64,000 bases of DNA from Candidatus Yonathbacteria bacterium RIFCSPHIGHO2_02_FULL_44_14 (GTDB taxonomy: Bacteria; Patescibacteriota; Minisyncoccia; Phycocordibacterales; UBA1550), in contig MHUT01000012.1 of the NCBI GenBank assembly GCA_001823535.1, positions 355-64,354 on the forward strand. Direction: 5' to 3'. The position numbers were made by a program, and so were the translations under genes. Shown one piece after another: positions 36,622 through 46,152 of the stretch. The notes beneath the pieces are model-generated. The model had not been told where the DNA came from and ran no database searches. It saw nothing but the letters and a program-made list of their open reading frames with translations. Within the stretch, counting starts at the first letter, position 1. Each line of letters begins with the position of its first letter.

Positions 36622-36802
36622 GGGAATAGTTAATAGTTAAATATCAAAATAGTTAATCGACGAGGGCGTTTGCCGAAGGCAAACGCCCTCTATTGAATAT
36701 TTACTATTTATTGCCCCACCATACCACAAAACCCTTGAAAATTAAAGGTTTTTATAATTGTTTGTTAACATTGCAGCAATAGAGTTTACACTTTCGACTT
36801 AT

Positions 36803-38479
36803 TTAGATCTCCTCCTTGTCTGGAATCACCACGCCTGACTTCCAGAACTTATGCTTAAGCGCAGTGCGAACATCACGAATCTCTTCGTTACCCATAAGCT
36901 CTAAAATGAGCCACCATGTGAGGATCCCCGCAACCCCGGCCACGAGCCCTTGTATAAAAATACCAAAAAAAGTATCGAGCGAGAGGTATAATCCGAGAAT
37001 TTCCAAAAATTCATATGCGACTAAGCCCGCTATCAGCGCTGAAAATGACCCATGCATAAGTGTGTCCTTCACTGGTGAAAGGAACTTGCCAAATCGACGT
37101 CTGAAGAAATAAATAAGGAGGACTGTATTCAAAAGCATACCCACAGAATATGCGAGGGGCAACATCAGAACTGAAGCGCCAGCGAGCCCCTCAACACGCA
37201 GAAGTGACCCGGTAAAATCTTGCATGAAGGTTGAACTAGTATAAATAGTGAGAAAACTATATCCCGTGACCCCTATCACTACTGCTGATAGTACATTTAC
37301 AAAAAGTGGGATTGAGTTGTTCCCTGTCGCATAAAACCCGCGCACAAAGAGAAGCCCTATGGACTGCGCGACAACTGACACAGTAAATATTGCGAGGCAA
37401 GCTGCGGTTAGTTTGGTTGCATTCCAATCAAATGATCCTGACCCCAAAATAGTGCGTACAATTTGTGCGCGGAGCACGATCATGAGCACCAGTACGGGGA
37501 GCGACCAAAATACTATATGCCGCGCAGCCGCCAATATTTTTTCAAGAAATTTTTTTATATCTTCTTCAGCAAAGTGTTTTGAAAGACCAGGGAACGCCGC
37601 GGTGGCGTAACTAACTCCGATTACCGCAAGAGGTACCGACTGAAGATTGAAAGCAAAATTAAACACCGTAATTGATCCTTGCTGAAGCTTTGCTGCAAAT
37701 GCGACCAGTGCAAAAAGCGCAATTTGGTTTGCGGAGAGACCAATGGTACGAGGCAGAGATACACGTACGACCTCCCAAATGTCCAAGAAGGACGGTACGG
37801 GAGATAGACTCAACGTAAAACCGTTGCGTGAGCTCACAAAGAAATGCACGAAAAAATGAAGGAATGCACCAAGAACAACACCCCACGCGAGTCCGATAAG
37901 CCCGAATGCAGGGTAGAAAAAATATGCGCCTACAATAATACCAATATTGTAGAGCACGGGCGCAAGCGCAAAAGCAAAAAACTTGTGTAGCATTTGTGTC
38001 ACGCTACCGAGCAAATTAGAAAGACCGAGAAGAATTGGGGAAAGGAGGAGGAGGCGAGACATTAAAACAAGCTCGCTGTACGCATCGCCAGTAAATCCAG
38101 GAAATAGCGCGTGGACTAACGTGGGAGCCATGATATATACCCCAATAGACACTGCGATAAGCAATGAAAAAAATACTGTAAAAGTATCATTCAAAAACTT
38201 TTGCGCACGCTCATCACTTTCTCCTGCTTTTTTTGTGAGAATTGGAATTAGGACGAGTGCAGACATAAACGAAGCAATCCCGGCAAATACAAAGTCAGGA
38301 ATACGAAATGCCGCATAGTAAATATCAAGAGTTTGCGAAGCCCCGAACAAATGTGCCAACAATCGATCGCGGAAAAGTGCAAGTATCTGCGAAAGTATTG
38401 CAAAAAGCCCTAGGAGAAATGCAGCTTCGTGGAGTCCGTTCCATTCACGCGAAAAAAGTGAGAGAAGTCTTTTTACCAT
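36803..38479 (-). CDS. murJ: Lipid II flippase
   Basis: FRDRLLAHLFGA, YYAAFRIPD, many TM helices and RGFYA. Start ATG 38479. Confidence 0.92.
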   Translation of the reverse strand: MVKRLLSLFSREWNGLHEAAFLLGLFAILSQILALFRDRLLAHLFGASQTLDIYYAAFRIPDFVFAGIASFMSALVLIPILTKKAGESDERAQKFLNDTFTVFFSLLIAVSIGVYIMAPTLVHALFPGFTGDAYSELVLMSRLLLLSPILLGLSNLLGSVTQMLHKFFAFALAPVLYNIGIIVGAYFFYPAFGLIGLAWGVVLGAFLHFFVHFFVSSRNGFTLSLSPVPSFLDIWEVVRVSLPRTIGLSANQIALFALVAFAAKLQQGSITVFNFAFNLQSVPLAVIGVSYATAAFPGLSKHFAEEDIKKFLEKILAAARHIVFWSLPVLVLMIVLRAQIVRTILGSGSFDWNATKLTAACLAIFTVSVVAQSIGLLFVRGFYATGNNSIPLFVNVLSAVVIGVTGYSFLTIYTSSTFMQDFTGSLLRVEGLAGASVLMLPLAYSVGMLLNTVLLIYFFRRRFGKFLSPVKDTLMHGSFSALIAGLVAYEFLEILGLYLSLDTFFGIFIQGLVAGVAGILTWWLILELMGNEEIRDVRTALKHKFWKSGVVIPDKEEI

Positions 38480-38529
38480 AATTATCTTGAGTATACAGTA
38501 GAAGCCGTGCTCTGTGCAAAAATTATACA

Positions 38530-38563
38530 ATGAAGAACCTCGGGTTAAACCGAGGTTCTTCAT
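38530..38563 (-). terminator. Hairpin immediately downstream of rnpB
   Basis: ATGAAGAACCTCGG-N6-CCGAGGTTCTTCAT. Confidence 0.7.
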
Positions 38564-38566
38564 AAA

Positions 38567-39274
38567 CTCATATCGATAAGCCGAATTCTGTCCCAGCCCA
38601 TACTGGATGAGCTGAGGATAGTCATTTATCTGGGAGTGCGATTACTCGCACCCTCGAGCGGCACTCCCCCCACCACAATACGCACTACTCGTTCAAACTT
38701 TTTTCTATACGTTTTTTAAGCTCCTCGTAAGCTCCCTTAAACTTTTTCATTCGTAGTTCTCGCGTGCAGGCATCACTTTTATTTGCGTAGGCCTCGTAGT
38801 ACACGAGTTTAAACGGAACTCTATGTTTCGTAGATACATTCTTGCCACTATTGTGCTCAAGAAACCGCCTACGCAAATCAGATGTCTGACCTATGTACAA
38901 TTTGCTATCGACTGAACTTTTTAAAACGTACAAATAATGCATATTGTGGTGGGGGGCACGGCCTTGCACTCAGGTAAGGATTTAGCCGTTTCACCTCTTG
39001 CATTACTACAAGAACTCACCCGCATAAATAAATCTGCGGGTGTCTCTTTCTTTCGTCCGAGACGTCTCTGCTCGCACCTCTGAAATTACTTTCGACGGGC
39101 GTTACCCGCTACCCTTCTCCGAGCATCATTGCTGACACTTGGGAGTGTTCGGACTTTCCTCCCCCCACCAATCTCATCTCCAAACATACTGAGAGGTATT
39201 ATTTTATTTTTAAGCAAAATATCTCCTCTGTCATTTAGAAACAAAATTGGTGGGGGGCGACCATCTGATATGGG
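38567..39274 (-). ncRNA. rnpB: RNase P RNA (~710 nt, with insertions in P3 and at P15/P16)
   Basis: Minus strand carries GAGGAAAGTCCGAA, GGTGAAACGG, GAGTGCAAG, AGATAAATGA and ACAGAATTCGGCTTA. P1 (CCCATATC/GATATGAG), P2 (GATGGTC/GACTATC), P4, P5, P8, P18 and P19 can all be paired. Promoter TGGTATAAT at 39290-39282. Confidence 0.93.
38685..38942 (-). CDS. Stand-alone GIY-YIG nuclease (85 aa) embedded in rnpB
   Basis: MHYLYVLKS...LYIGQTSDLRRRFLEHNSG...LVYYEAY...ACTRELRMKK; the Tyr, Arg, His and Glu positions of the family motif are intact. Confidence 0.92.
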   Translation of the reverse strand: MHYLYVLKSSVDSKLYIGQTSDLRRRFLEHNSGKNVSTKHRVPFKLVYYEAYANKSDACTRELRMKKFKGAYEELKKRIEKSLNE

Positions 39275-39377
39275 TGAGCTTATTATACCACTATTTTGCA
39301 GAAAAGCAAACATAATGCATGTGCCACGTAAAAATCCCCAGCCACTCTAAGGTGGCTGGGGATTTTTTTAGGCTTTA

Positions 39378-39440
39378 TTATTTCTTTGCTGCCTTCTTTG
39401 GCTTCTTTTTTTCCTTGTGTGCGTCTTTGCCTTTTGCCAT
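39378..39440 (-). CDS. 20-aa lysine-rich peptide
   Basis: MAKGKDAHKEKKKPKKAAKK followed by tandem TAA TAA, then a terminator hairpin at 39330-39368. Confidence 0.55.
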   Translation of the reverse strand: MAKGKDAHKEKKKPKKAAKK

Positions 39441-39479
39441 AATATTTTTTATAAAAAATTATCTTATTCGACCGTCTTC

Positions 39480-39965
39480 TCATTCATTGTATCGCGATGA
39501 TGTTCCAATTTCAAGAATATCTCCATGTTTGAGAGCATGATTAGCAAAATACCCTGTACCCACCTCAAGAACATATTGTGCCGGCACGACCGGGGTATGT
39601 ACTTTAGGATAGGACTCTGGTGTTGCATTCTCCCATACATCCACAATCCTGCGATTCGCATCAAACCAAATAATGTCTATCGGAAACCGCATGTTCTTCA
39701 TCCAAAACCCATAAAACCCAGGGTCTGAAAAAACGAAAAGCATTCCCTTGCTTGAATTAATTTCTTTGTATCCACTTAACCCATTCTCTCGAAGTTCTTT
39801 GGTGTCTGCGATTATTACAGTTATTTCTTTTCCCCCGATAAAGACTTTTGTTTCATTTGCTGTCGGTCTAGATACACCAAACATCACTGCGGCCAAAATA
39901 GCTGCTGCGGTGCTTGCATACAACGCCCCTAAAAGGATTCTGCCGATCAGCGTCGTTTGTTTCAT
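39480..39965 (-). CDS. DUF192 family protein
   Basis: Motifs GMLFVF, FWMKNMRFPIDIIW and YVLEV. Confidence 0.9.
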   Translation of the reverse strand: MKQTTLIGRILLGALYASTAAAILAAVMFGVSRPTANETKVFIGGKEITVIIADTKELRENGLSGYKEINSSKGMLFVFSDPGFYGFWMKNMRFPIDIIWFDANRRIVDVWENATPESYPKVHTPVVPAQYVLEVGTGYFANHALKHGDILEIGTSSRYNE

Positions 39966-39973
39966 TCAATAGT

Positions 39974-40963
39974 TTACCTGTTGAAACCTTCCATCGCCTT
40001 CTCGCTATTTTTAATTTCCTCTTCAAGGTCATCGATGTGTAAATCTTTAATGTCTCCAACCTCAAAATCCTCAAGGTCTTCTTTCATTTCATTCGCACTT
40101 TCTTCTACAGCATCCTGTGCTTTTTCAAATACTTTCTTTGCTTGTTTTGAAAATTGCTTCGCGGCTTCAAAATCACCTCGAGCATCTGCTTCTCTGGCTT
40201 TGTTCAAAAAGTCTTGTGAAGCAGCGATAACATCTGGTGGAAGCTGTCCTGCTAACCCTTCAAGTCGCGCTTTGAGGCGCAACGCCTCATCTAAATGCTT
40301 CTGTGCTGACATTTCCTTGCCCATTATCTCCTCAAAAAGTTTTTGTTCGTCCTCTAAATCACCATCAACGTCCTCTTCTTCTTTTGCGGCATCACTCTTT
40401 TCTTTAGTGATTGACTCAAGTGCCTGAGTTAAACCTTTGACCTGTGGGTCTGTTGGAGAAAGTGAATCGAGTTTTGCGCGGATTTCCTCTTCTGCGCGAG
40501 AAGCTTTATCTTTATGTTCTTTGAGAATATTTGTTAATTCTTCACGAATAGCATCGAGCTCATCGTCAAGCTCACGTGCAATATTTGCAACGTCTGAACC
40601 CTTGTCTTTTTCTCCTTTTACAATATCTGCCGCCTGTGCAATGCGCTCATCAAAATTTGTTTTGGCACGGGCAATATTTTCAAGTTTTGCTGATGGGTTT
40701 TTGAGAACTTCACTCATTTCCGCAACACGCTCCTTGGCGTATTCAAAATGCTTGCGAGCTTTATTTTCTTTATTAAACGTAATCGCTATATTGAGCACTT
40801 CACTCCATCGGTCAAGGAAGTAGAAGAAGTCTCCCGGCATGAGGCCTGGGTTTGTAATAGTTATTGTTCCTGTCACTGGCGTAAGATCAGTTGTTGATGT
40901 TTGAGCAAAAGAAACAAACGGCGCCGAGACCAACATAATTCCTGCAACAATAAATTTATTCAT
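39974..40963 (-). CDS. Secreted coiled-coil protein with DUF5667-like domain
   Basis: Signal peptide, then PGLMPGDFFYFLDRWSE...AKERVAE. Confidence 0.8.
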   Translation of the reverse strand: MNKFIVAGIMLVSAPFVSFAQTSTTDLTPVTGTITITNPGLMPGDFFYFLDRWSEVLNIAITFNKENKARKHFEYAKERVAEMSEVLKNPSAKLENIARAKTNFDERIAQAADIVKGEKDKGSDVANIARELDDELDAIREELTNILKEHKDKASRAEEEIRAKLDSLSPTDPQVKGLTQALESITKEKSDAAKEEEDVDGDLEDEQKLFEEIMGKEMSAQKHLDEALRLKARLEGLAGQLPPDVIAASQDFLNKAREADARGDFEAAKQFSKQAKKVFEKAQDAVEESANEMKEDLEDFEVGDIKDLHIDDLEEEIKNSEKAMEGFNR

Positions 40964-41062
40964 AGATTTCTATATATTATAAATTAATAAAACGTAACCG
41001 TATTATACCACGTCACGCAACTTATTCACAATAAATGACCGTGCAACAATAAATCCTACACC

Positions 41063-41116
41063 AAATACAAAAGAAAACCCGACTGTCAGCTGACAGTCGG
41101 GTTTTCTTTTGTATTT
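41063..41116. terminator. Perfect 54-bp palindrome after the RRM gene
   Basis: AAATACAAAAGAAAACCCGACTGTCAG|CTGACAGTCGGGTTTTCTTTTGTATTT. Confidence 0.75.
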
Positions 41117-41121
41117 TGGGA

Positions 41122-41421
41122 TTAACCCATGCGGCGGTTTCCGCCGCCAAACTCGCGGCGAGGAGCGCGTTCCTCAAGAGGACGTGCTTCGTTTACCGTA
41201 AGTGTGCGACCCTGGAAATCCTTGCCATTCATCTCTTCGATTGCTTTGTCAGCATCCGCATCGTTTGCCATTTCGATGAAACCAAAACCCTTTGAACGAC
41301 CAGTCATCTTGTCGATGATGATTGCCGAAGAAGTAACTTCACCAAATTCTGCAAACACTGCTTTGAGATCATCCTCAGTCGTTGAATAAGGAATCCCCCC
41401 TACATACAATTTCTTTGCCAT
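41122..41421 (-). CDS. RRM-domain RNA-binding protein
   Basis: RNP2 LYVGGI, RNP1 KGFGFIEM and a Gly/Arg tail. Confidence 0.95.
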   Translation of the reverse strand: MAKKLYVGGIPYSTTEDDLKAVFAEFGEVTSSAIIIDKMTGRSKGFGFIEMANDADADKAIEEMNGKDFQGRTLTVNEARPLEERAPRREFGGGNRRMG

Positions 41422-41667
41422 AACTCTTTTTTTGCTTAATTTTTGCTTAATTCTGTGTAAGTGACCCGTTTTCCTCGCCCTCTCACCTCGGCTAGAACCA
41501 AGCAGTCAAGCAAGCACTGAGTGAAAACTCTTACTATATTAGGGTACCATGAGGGCAATAAAAGTACAATATTTTAAAAATTGACTGTGGAAAACTTTTT
41601 GTATAAGTGTGAGGCTTAGTAAAAAACGCCTATTGAGATAGGCGTTTTTTTTGCGCGTTGTGCGCAA

Positions 41668-42120
41668 TTAAACAGTAGGGGTAAAAACAGGCTCCCCTCT
41701 TTCCATGACCGCCAATACTAAACTTTTGGCGGTAGGAATCAAGAATATTCGCCCGTCGGGGAGCTTTTCTTCTTTAAAGCCATTTGGCGGGTAGAACGTT
41801 GAGCCTATTCCAGCAATGTATTCTTCTCCTGTGTTGAGATCCCTTAAGGATAAGACAAACTGGGTTCCGTGAGTCAAAAATGTCTTACTGAAGACTTGAT
41901 ACCCAGTATCGAGATCAAGGTCGCGTAGGATACGGTTCCTTTTATTCTGCCTGTCATGTCGCGACAAGAGCAATGCTCCGGACCAAACAAAAGCCATCAG
42001 ACCTAACATAAAAACCGCTAAAGATTCTGCCGAGAGGCCGTTTTTTGTTGCAAGTAAATATCCACTCGCGCCAATAAGTCCAACCGTTCCAGTACTCATC
42101 AAGAATAATTTCTTAAGCAT
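41668..42120 (-). CDS. Hypothetical membrane protein (2 TM)
   Basis: SD GGGGAG before ATG 42120; two hydrophobic helices. Confidence 0.6.
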   Translation of the reverse strand: MLKKLFLMSTGTVGLIGASGYLLATKNGLSAESLAVFMLGLMAFVWSGALLLSRHDRQNKRNRILRDLDLDTGYQVFSKTFLTHGTQFVLSLRDLNTGEEYIAGIGSTFYPPNGFKEEKLPDGRIFLIPTAKSLVLAVMERGEPVFTPTV

Positions 42121-42257
42121 TTTTATCTCCCCAAAAATTGTTGAAATGTGCATCTATAAACCAAGATAAATGATAACAAGGATTTTGATTTTTGTCAATT
42201 TTTGCGAGCATAAACTAAGTCCCTTCATTCATGCGAATGAAGGGACTTAGTTTAGTT

Positions 42258-44042
42258 TTAATTCTTCCTAAATGCTTTCACCCGATCTGCATCGGTCAAA
42301 AATTGCTTGCGGAGACGCACTGACTTTGGAGTAATCTCCAAATATTCCTCCTCTGTCATCGTTTCAAGACCACGCTCAATAGTGAGATCAAAAGGAGGAG
42401 TAAGAGTAATCGCCTCATCAGTACCCGATGAACGCATATTCGACAACTGCTTCCCTTTTGTAGGATTCACTGTCATCTCGTCGCCCTTTGATGTGTTGCC
42501 AATAACCTGACCTTCATACACCTCCACAGCGGGGCCGATGTAAAGTGTCCCGCGATCCTGAAGATTGTAAAGCGAGAAACCAAGCGCCTTGCCTGATGCC
42601 ATCGAAGTCATTGACCCTGCCGCGCGTTTCACAATCTCGCCCGCATGTTCACGGAATTCAATAAAACGGCTCGAGAGAATCCCGTCTCCTTTTGTGTCCA
42701 CTACGAACTGTCCGCGGTAGCCGAGAAGTCCGCGCGTAGGAATATCAAAAGTAAGGCGTGTGATGCCGTTTTCCTCTTTCATATTGGTCATCATGCCTTT
42801 GCGCTTGTTAATCTTTTCGATTACACCACCAGAAAGCTCGGATGGCACGTCAATAATGAGCTCCTCGTATGGTTCAAGTTTGACACTGTTCTCCTCTTTA
42901 ATAATAACCTGCGGTTGTGATACCTGAAGCTCAAAACCTTCGCGGCGCATTTGTTCGAGAAGAATGGAAATGTGCATTTCTCCACGCCCATACACCTTGA
43001 ATGAATCCATCGCGGAGAAATCCACACGGAGACCTACATTCACCTCAAGCTCGCGCTCGAGACGGTCACGAATCTGACGAATGGTCACAAACTTTCCTTC
43101 ACGTCCTGCGAATGGTGAGTCGTTTACAAAAAAATTGAGGGAGATTGTTGGCTCATCCACTTTGATAGCGGGGAGTGTTTCTTGATCTACCGTCTTGCAA
43201 AGAGTCTCACCAATGTAAACATCTGGAAGCCCTGCAACCATCACAATATCACCAGCCACAGCCTCTTCGACTTCTTTACGTTCTGTACCTTCAAACGTGC
43301 AGAGCTTTGTAATTCTCCCAGGGCGTGAGCTACCATCGATATTTTTGATAATGATACTCTCTCCGGCATGAAGAGTTCCCTCGTAAATACGGCCGATAGC
43401 AAGACGTCCGAGGAAATTATCGTACCCAAGGTTAAATGGTTGCATACGCACCGGCGCATGAATATCAGTTTTTACTGCGGGCACTTTTTCCAAAATGACA
43501 TCGAGGAGTGGATTAAGGTCTTTCGAATCCTCTTCAAGAGTGCGCTTTGCAATACCCTGACGACCAATAGCATACACGGTTGTAAAGTCGAGCTGCTCGT
43601 CTGTTGCGCCAAGTTCAAAGAAAAGCTCAAATACTTCATCGTGTACCTCCTTTGGACGTGCCGCAGGCTTATCAATCTTGTTCAAGACAACAATTGGCTT
43701 TAAACCGAGCTCAAGAGACTTTTTGAGCACGAAACGTGTCTGAGGCATCGGACCCTCCTGCGCGTCAACAAGGAGGAGCACAGTGTCGATTGAGCGAAGT
43801 ACGCGCTCAACCTCGGATCCGAAATCCGCGTGGCCAGGTGTGTCCACAATATTTATTTTTGTACCTTTGTAAAAAACAGAGGTATTTTTAGCATAAATAG
43901 TGATACCACGTTCGAGCTCAAGAGCATTTGAGTCCATAGTTACACCCTCTTTTGTCATTCCAGTCTGGCGCATCAAAGCGTCAGTCAAGGTTGTCTTGCC
44001 GTGGTCAACGTGGGCGATAATCGCAATATTTCTGATTTCCAT
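42258..44042 (-). CDS. typA: GTPase TypA/BipA
   Basis: Motifs [23 protein letters not shown] and NMRSSGTDE. Confidence 0.98.
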   Translation of the reverse strand: MEIRNIAIIAHVDHGKTTLTDALMRQTGMTKEGVTMDSNALELERGITIYAKNTSVFYKGTKINIVDTPGHADFGSEVERVLRSIDTVLLLVDAQEGPMPQTRFVLKKSLELGLKPIVVLNKIDKPAARPKEVHDEVFELFFELGATDEQLDFTTVYAIGRQGIAKRTLEEDSKDLNPLLDVILEKVPAVKTDIHAPVRMQPFNLGYDNFLGRLAIGRIYEGTLHAGESIIIKNIDGSSRPGRITKLCTFEGTERKEVEEAVAGDIVMVAGLPDVYIGETLCKTVDQETLPAIKVDEPTISLNFFVNDSPFAGREGKFVTIRQIRDRLERELEVNVGLRVDFSAMDSFKVYGRGEMHISILLEQMRREGFELQVSQPQVIIKEENSVKLEPYEELIIDVPSELSGGVIEKINKRKGMMTNMKEENGITRLTFDIPTRGLLGYRGQFVVDTKGDGILSSRFIEFREHAGEIVKRAAGSMTSMASGKALGFSLYNLQDRGTLYIGPAVEVYEGQVIGNTSKGDEMTVNPTKGKQLSNMRSSGTDEAITLTPPFDLTIERGLETMTEEEYLEITPKSVRLRKQFLTDADRVKAFRKN

Positions 44043-44153
44043 GCTATTTCTGGGGTGTTTTTAAACAAAAAATCCGCTCTCGCGGGGCTTATATACCTGT
44101 AATCATACCAAAAAAGCCTTTGTAAGTCAACGATGCGCTGGTACAATGAAGAT

Positions 44154-44627
44154 ATGAAACGAGCTTTTATCTTTCTTGTTGTCGTTTACTTTCTATCCGC
44201 ATTCGGTGTGTTGGTATTCTTTTTAAAAAACACGGGCGCAAATGCAACACTCACACAAGAACTTAATGCGACAAAAACTGAACTTGCGTCGGTAAAAACT
44301 ACTCTCGATACAGAAAAAACATCTCGCGAAGCATTGGAGAAAAAAATTGTTGCCGCCCGCGCAAACGCATTATTTCTCTCTCTCGCCTTCTGCCCCACTC
44401 TCGAAGCGACCAACAAAGATGCGCCCTGTATAAAAAATAGCACTGAGTGGCTTTCACAAACAATAATTGCAGGAACGGCGCTCACTGACACTGTGGCAAA
44501 AACAAAAATGGAGGCGCTTCTTATTGCGCTTGGTGGGAAAACAAAACCAACCGCAAAGCAACTTTACGAAATGTTGAAGCCAATTGAAGTTGAGTCACTA
44601 AGAGCGCTTACAGAGACTCTTAAATGA
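44154..44627 (+). CDS. Hypothetical membrane-anchored coiled-coil protein
   Basis: N-terminal TM helix; TGGTACAAT 6 nt upstream of ATG 44154. Confidence 0.65.
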   Translation: MKRAFIFLVVVYFLSAFGVLVFFLKNTGANATLTQELNATKTELASVKTTLDTEKTSREALEKKIVAARANALFLSLAFCPTLEATNKDAPCIKNSTEWLSQTIIAGTALTDTVAKTKMEALLIALGGKTKPTAKQLYEMLKPIEVESLRALTETLK

Positions 44628-44636
44628 TTCAATTTG

Positions 44637-44743
44637 TTTTTGTTCCTATCTTCAATAGGTTATTGAAGATAGGAACAAAAAACTCACTAAATACTCTACC
44701 TACTTATACAGTACGATAGTACTGTATAAGTAGGTAGAGTATT
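44637..44743. repeat. Two adjacent long hairpins (21-bp and 25-bp perfect arms) between convergent genes
   Basis: Arms at 44637-44657/44661-44681 and 44690-44714/44719-44743. Confidence 0.85.
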
Positions 44744-44772
44744 ACGACAAGTAAATCCATCAAACATCAAAA

Positions 44773-46149
44773 TTACGCGTTCTCAATAGGATCAATCATT
44801 GTCGTCTGTATTGTCTCTGCTTTCTTCATCACCTGACTTCCGTATGTCGCTGCCCATGATGAATTGGAACACTTTGATCCTGAGAAGTATTTGCACGCGG
44901 CATTGTACTCCCCGCTATATGAGCCAGACTTTGCGCCATTGTCTTTCAGTAAAAATCCTGCAGCCATAAACGCATCTCGCGCGCGCCACGGATCAGCCAC
45001 ATCAATGCCGAGGGTCCTCGTAATGAGCTCTTCATAAAGCGCCCATGTGGAGGGAATGAATTGCGCAGGCCCCATGGCTCCACCGTACCCTGCCTGCTGA
45101 GGGCATGATACCTGAGTAGTGTAAGGATCACGTCCGAGTATTTCCATTAAACTAAGGAACGGCCCTACATCCCTTACTGGCTTCATAACATTGGCAAAAA
45201 ATGTTCCTGTATTCTTTCCTACCCCTGCCCCTGTTGTCGCGTTCTTCAAATAACAGGATCCTTGATTCTTCCCAAAACCAGACTCCTGCATAAAAATGGC
45301 TAGGAGAAACGCTGGGCGAACGCCAGTCTTTTGAGAAACAACTTTTGCATAATCATACGCCTGACCAAACTGAATCTCCCCTGTGTCGCGAAGCGCAAAG
45401 AGCGCAGCGCGTATTGAGGCGGCTTTCGCTTTTTTTTCCTTCAGCACCTTCTGATATTCTTTTTCGAGACCTCTGGTAACTTTTAGAACGCGAGCCTTCT
45501 CAGTCTCCTTTAAAGCAAGGTCTTTTTTCTCAAGCTCTTTTTGGTAACGTAAGTCTATTTCCTTATTCTTTTTTTCTCCGAGCGTGGCTTTTGCTTCTTC
45601 TGTTGTCTTTTTTGCGACACCTACTTCAACCAATGATTTGCCTATCGCATCCCCGACATATTGAAATGCATCAAGGTCTTCAAAAAATTCAGAGAGTTGC
45701 TTTCCCGAAAGGGCTACTTCTGCTATAGAGTAAGTGTCTAGCTCGTTTGTGCGACGCATAAGCGCTGCAAGGGACTCGCGCTCGCGATCAATTTTTGCGG
45801 AATATTTAGCGATGGTGCGATTTTTTGTACCAATATCTTCCACAAGTCCTGCGATAGCAAGGTTGCGCGCCTTAATTGAGAGCTTTGCTTTTTCTATTTG
45901 TGTGTTTAAAATCGCAACATCGCGTTCGAGTGATACACCTTCACGTTGTTTGATTTGCAGTAAGTTACTTTGGGCATTTATTTCTTTTTCTACAGACGCC
46001 AACTCTGCTTCAAGTTTTGCACGACAGACACTATCGTCAGGGACACAAGATGTAGAAACTTGCGCGCTTGCACTCAAAGAAAATCCCAAAAAGAATAGGG
46101 ATGCAAGCGCGAGGATAACAAGTATTTTTCCGAGAAAACTTTTGAGCAT
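44773..46149 (-). CDS. Secreted coiled-coil protein with a lytic transglycosylase domain
   Basis: Signal peptide, long coiled coil, then AIFMQES, GAMGPAQFIPSTW and DPW. Confidence 0.85.
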   Translation of the reverse strand: MLKSFLGKILVILALASLFFLGFSLSASAQVSTSCVPDDSVCRAKLEAELASVEKEINAQSNLLQIKQREGVSLERDVAILNTQIEKAKLSIKARNLAIAGLVEDIGTKNRTIAKYSAKIDRERESLAALMRRTNELDTYSIAEVALSGKQLSEFFEDLDAFQYVGDAIGKSLVEVGVAKKTTEEAKATLGEKKNKEIDLRYQKELEKKDLALKETEKARVLKVTRGLEKEYQKVLKEKKAKAASIRAALFALRDTGEIQFGQAYDYAKVVSQKTGVRPAFLLAIFMQESGFGKNQGSCYLKNATTGAGVGKNTGTFFANVMKPVRDVGPFLSLMEILGRDPYTTQVSCPQQAGYGGAMGPAQFIPSTWALYEELITRTLGIDVADPWRARDAFMAAGFLLKDNGAKSGSYSGEYNAACKYFSGSKCSNSSWAATYGSQVMKKAETIQTTMIDPIENA

Positions 46150-46152
46150 AGA

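Noticed and set aside
38666-38956. Group I or group II intron in rnpB
   Set aside because: The insertion is almost entirely ORF plus a 19-bp stem, leaving no room for a catalytic intron core.
38943-38969. Longer GIY-YIG ORF start given by the ORF track (38969)
   Set aside because: The extension runs through conserved RNase P sequence (GAGTGCAAGGC) and the clamp stem; the family motif begins at ATG 38942.
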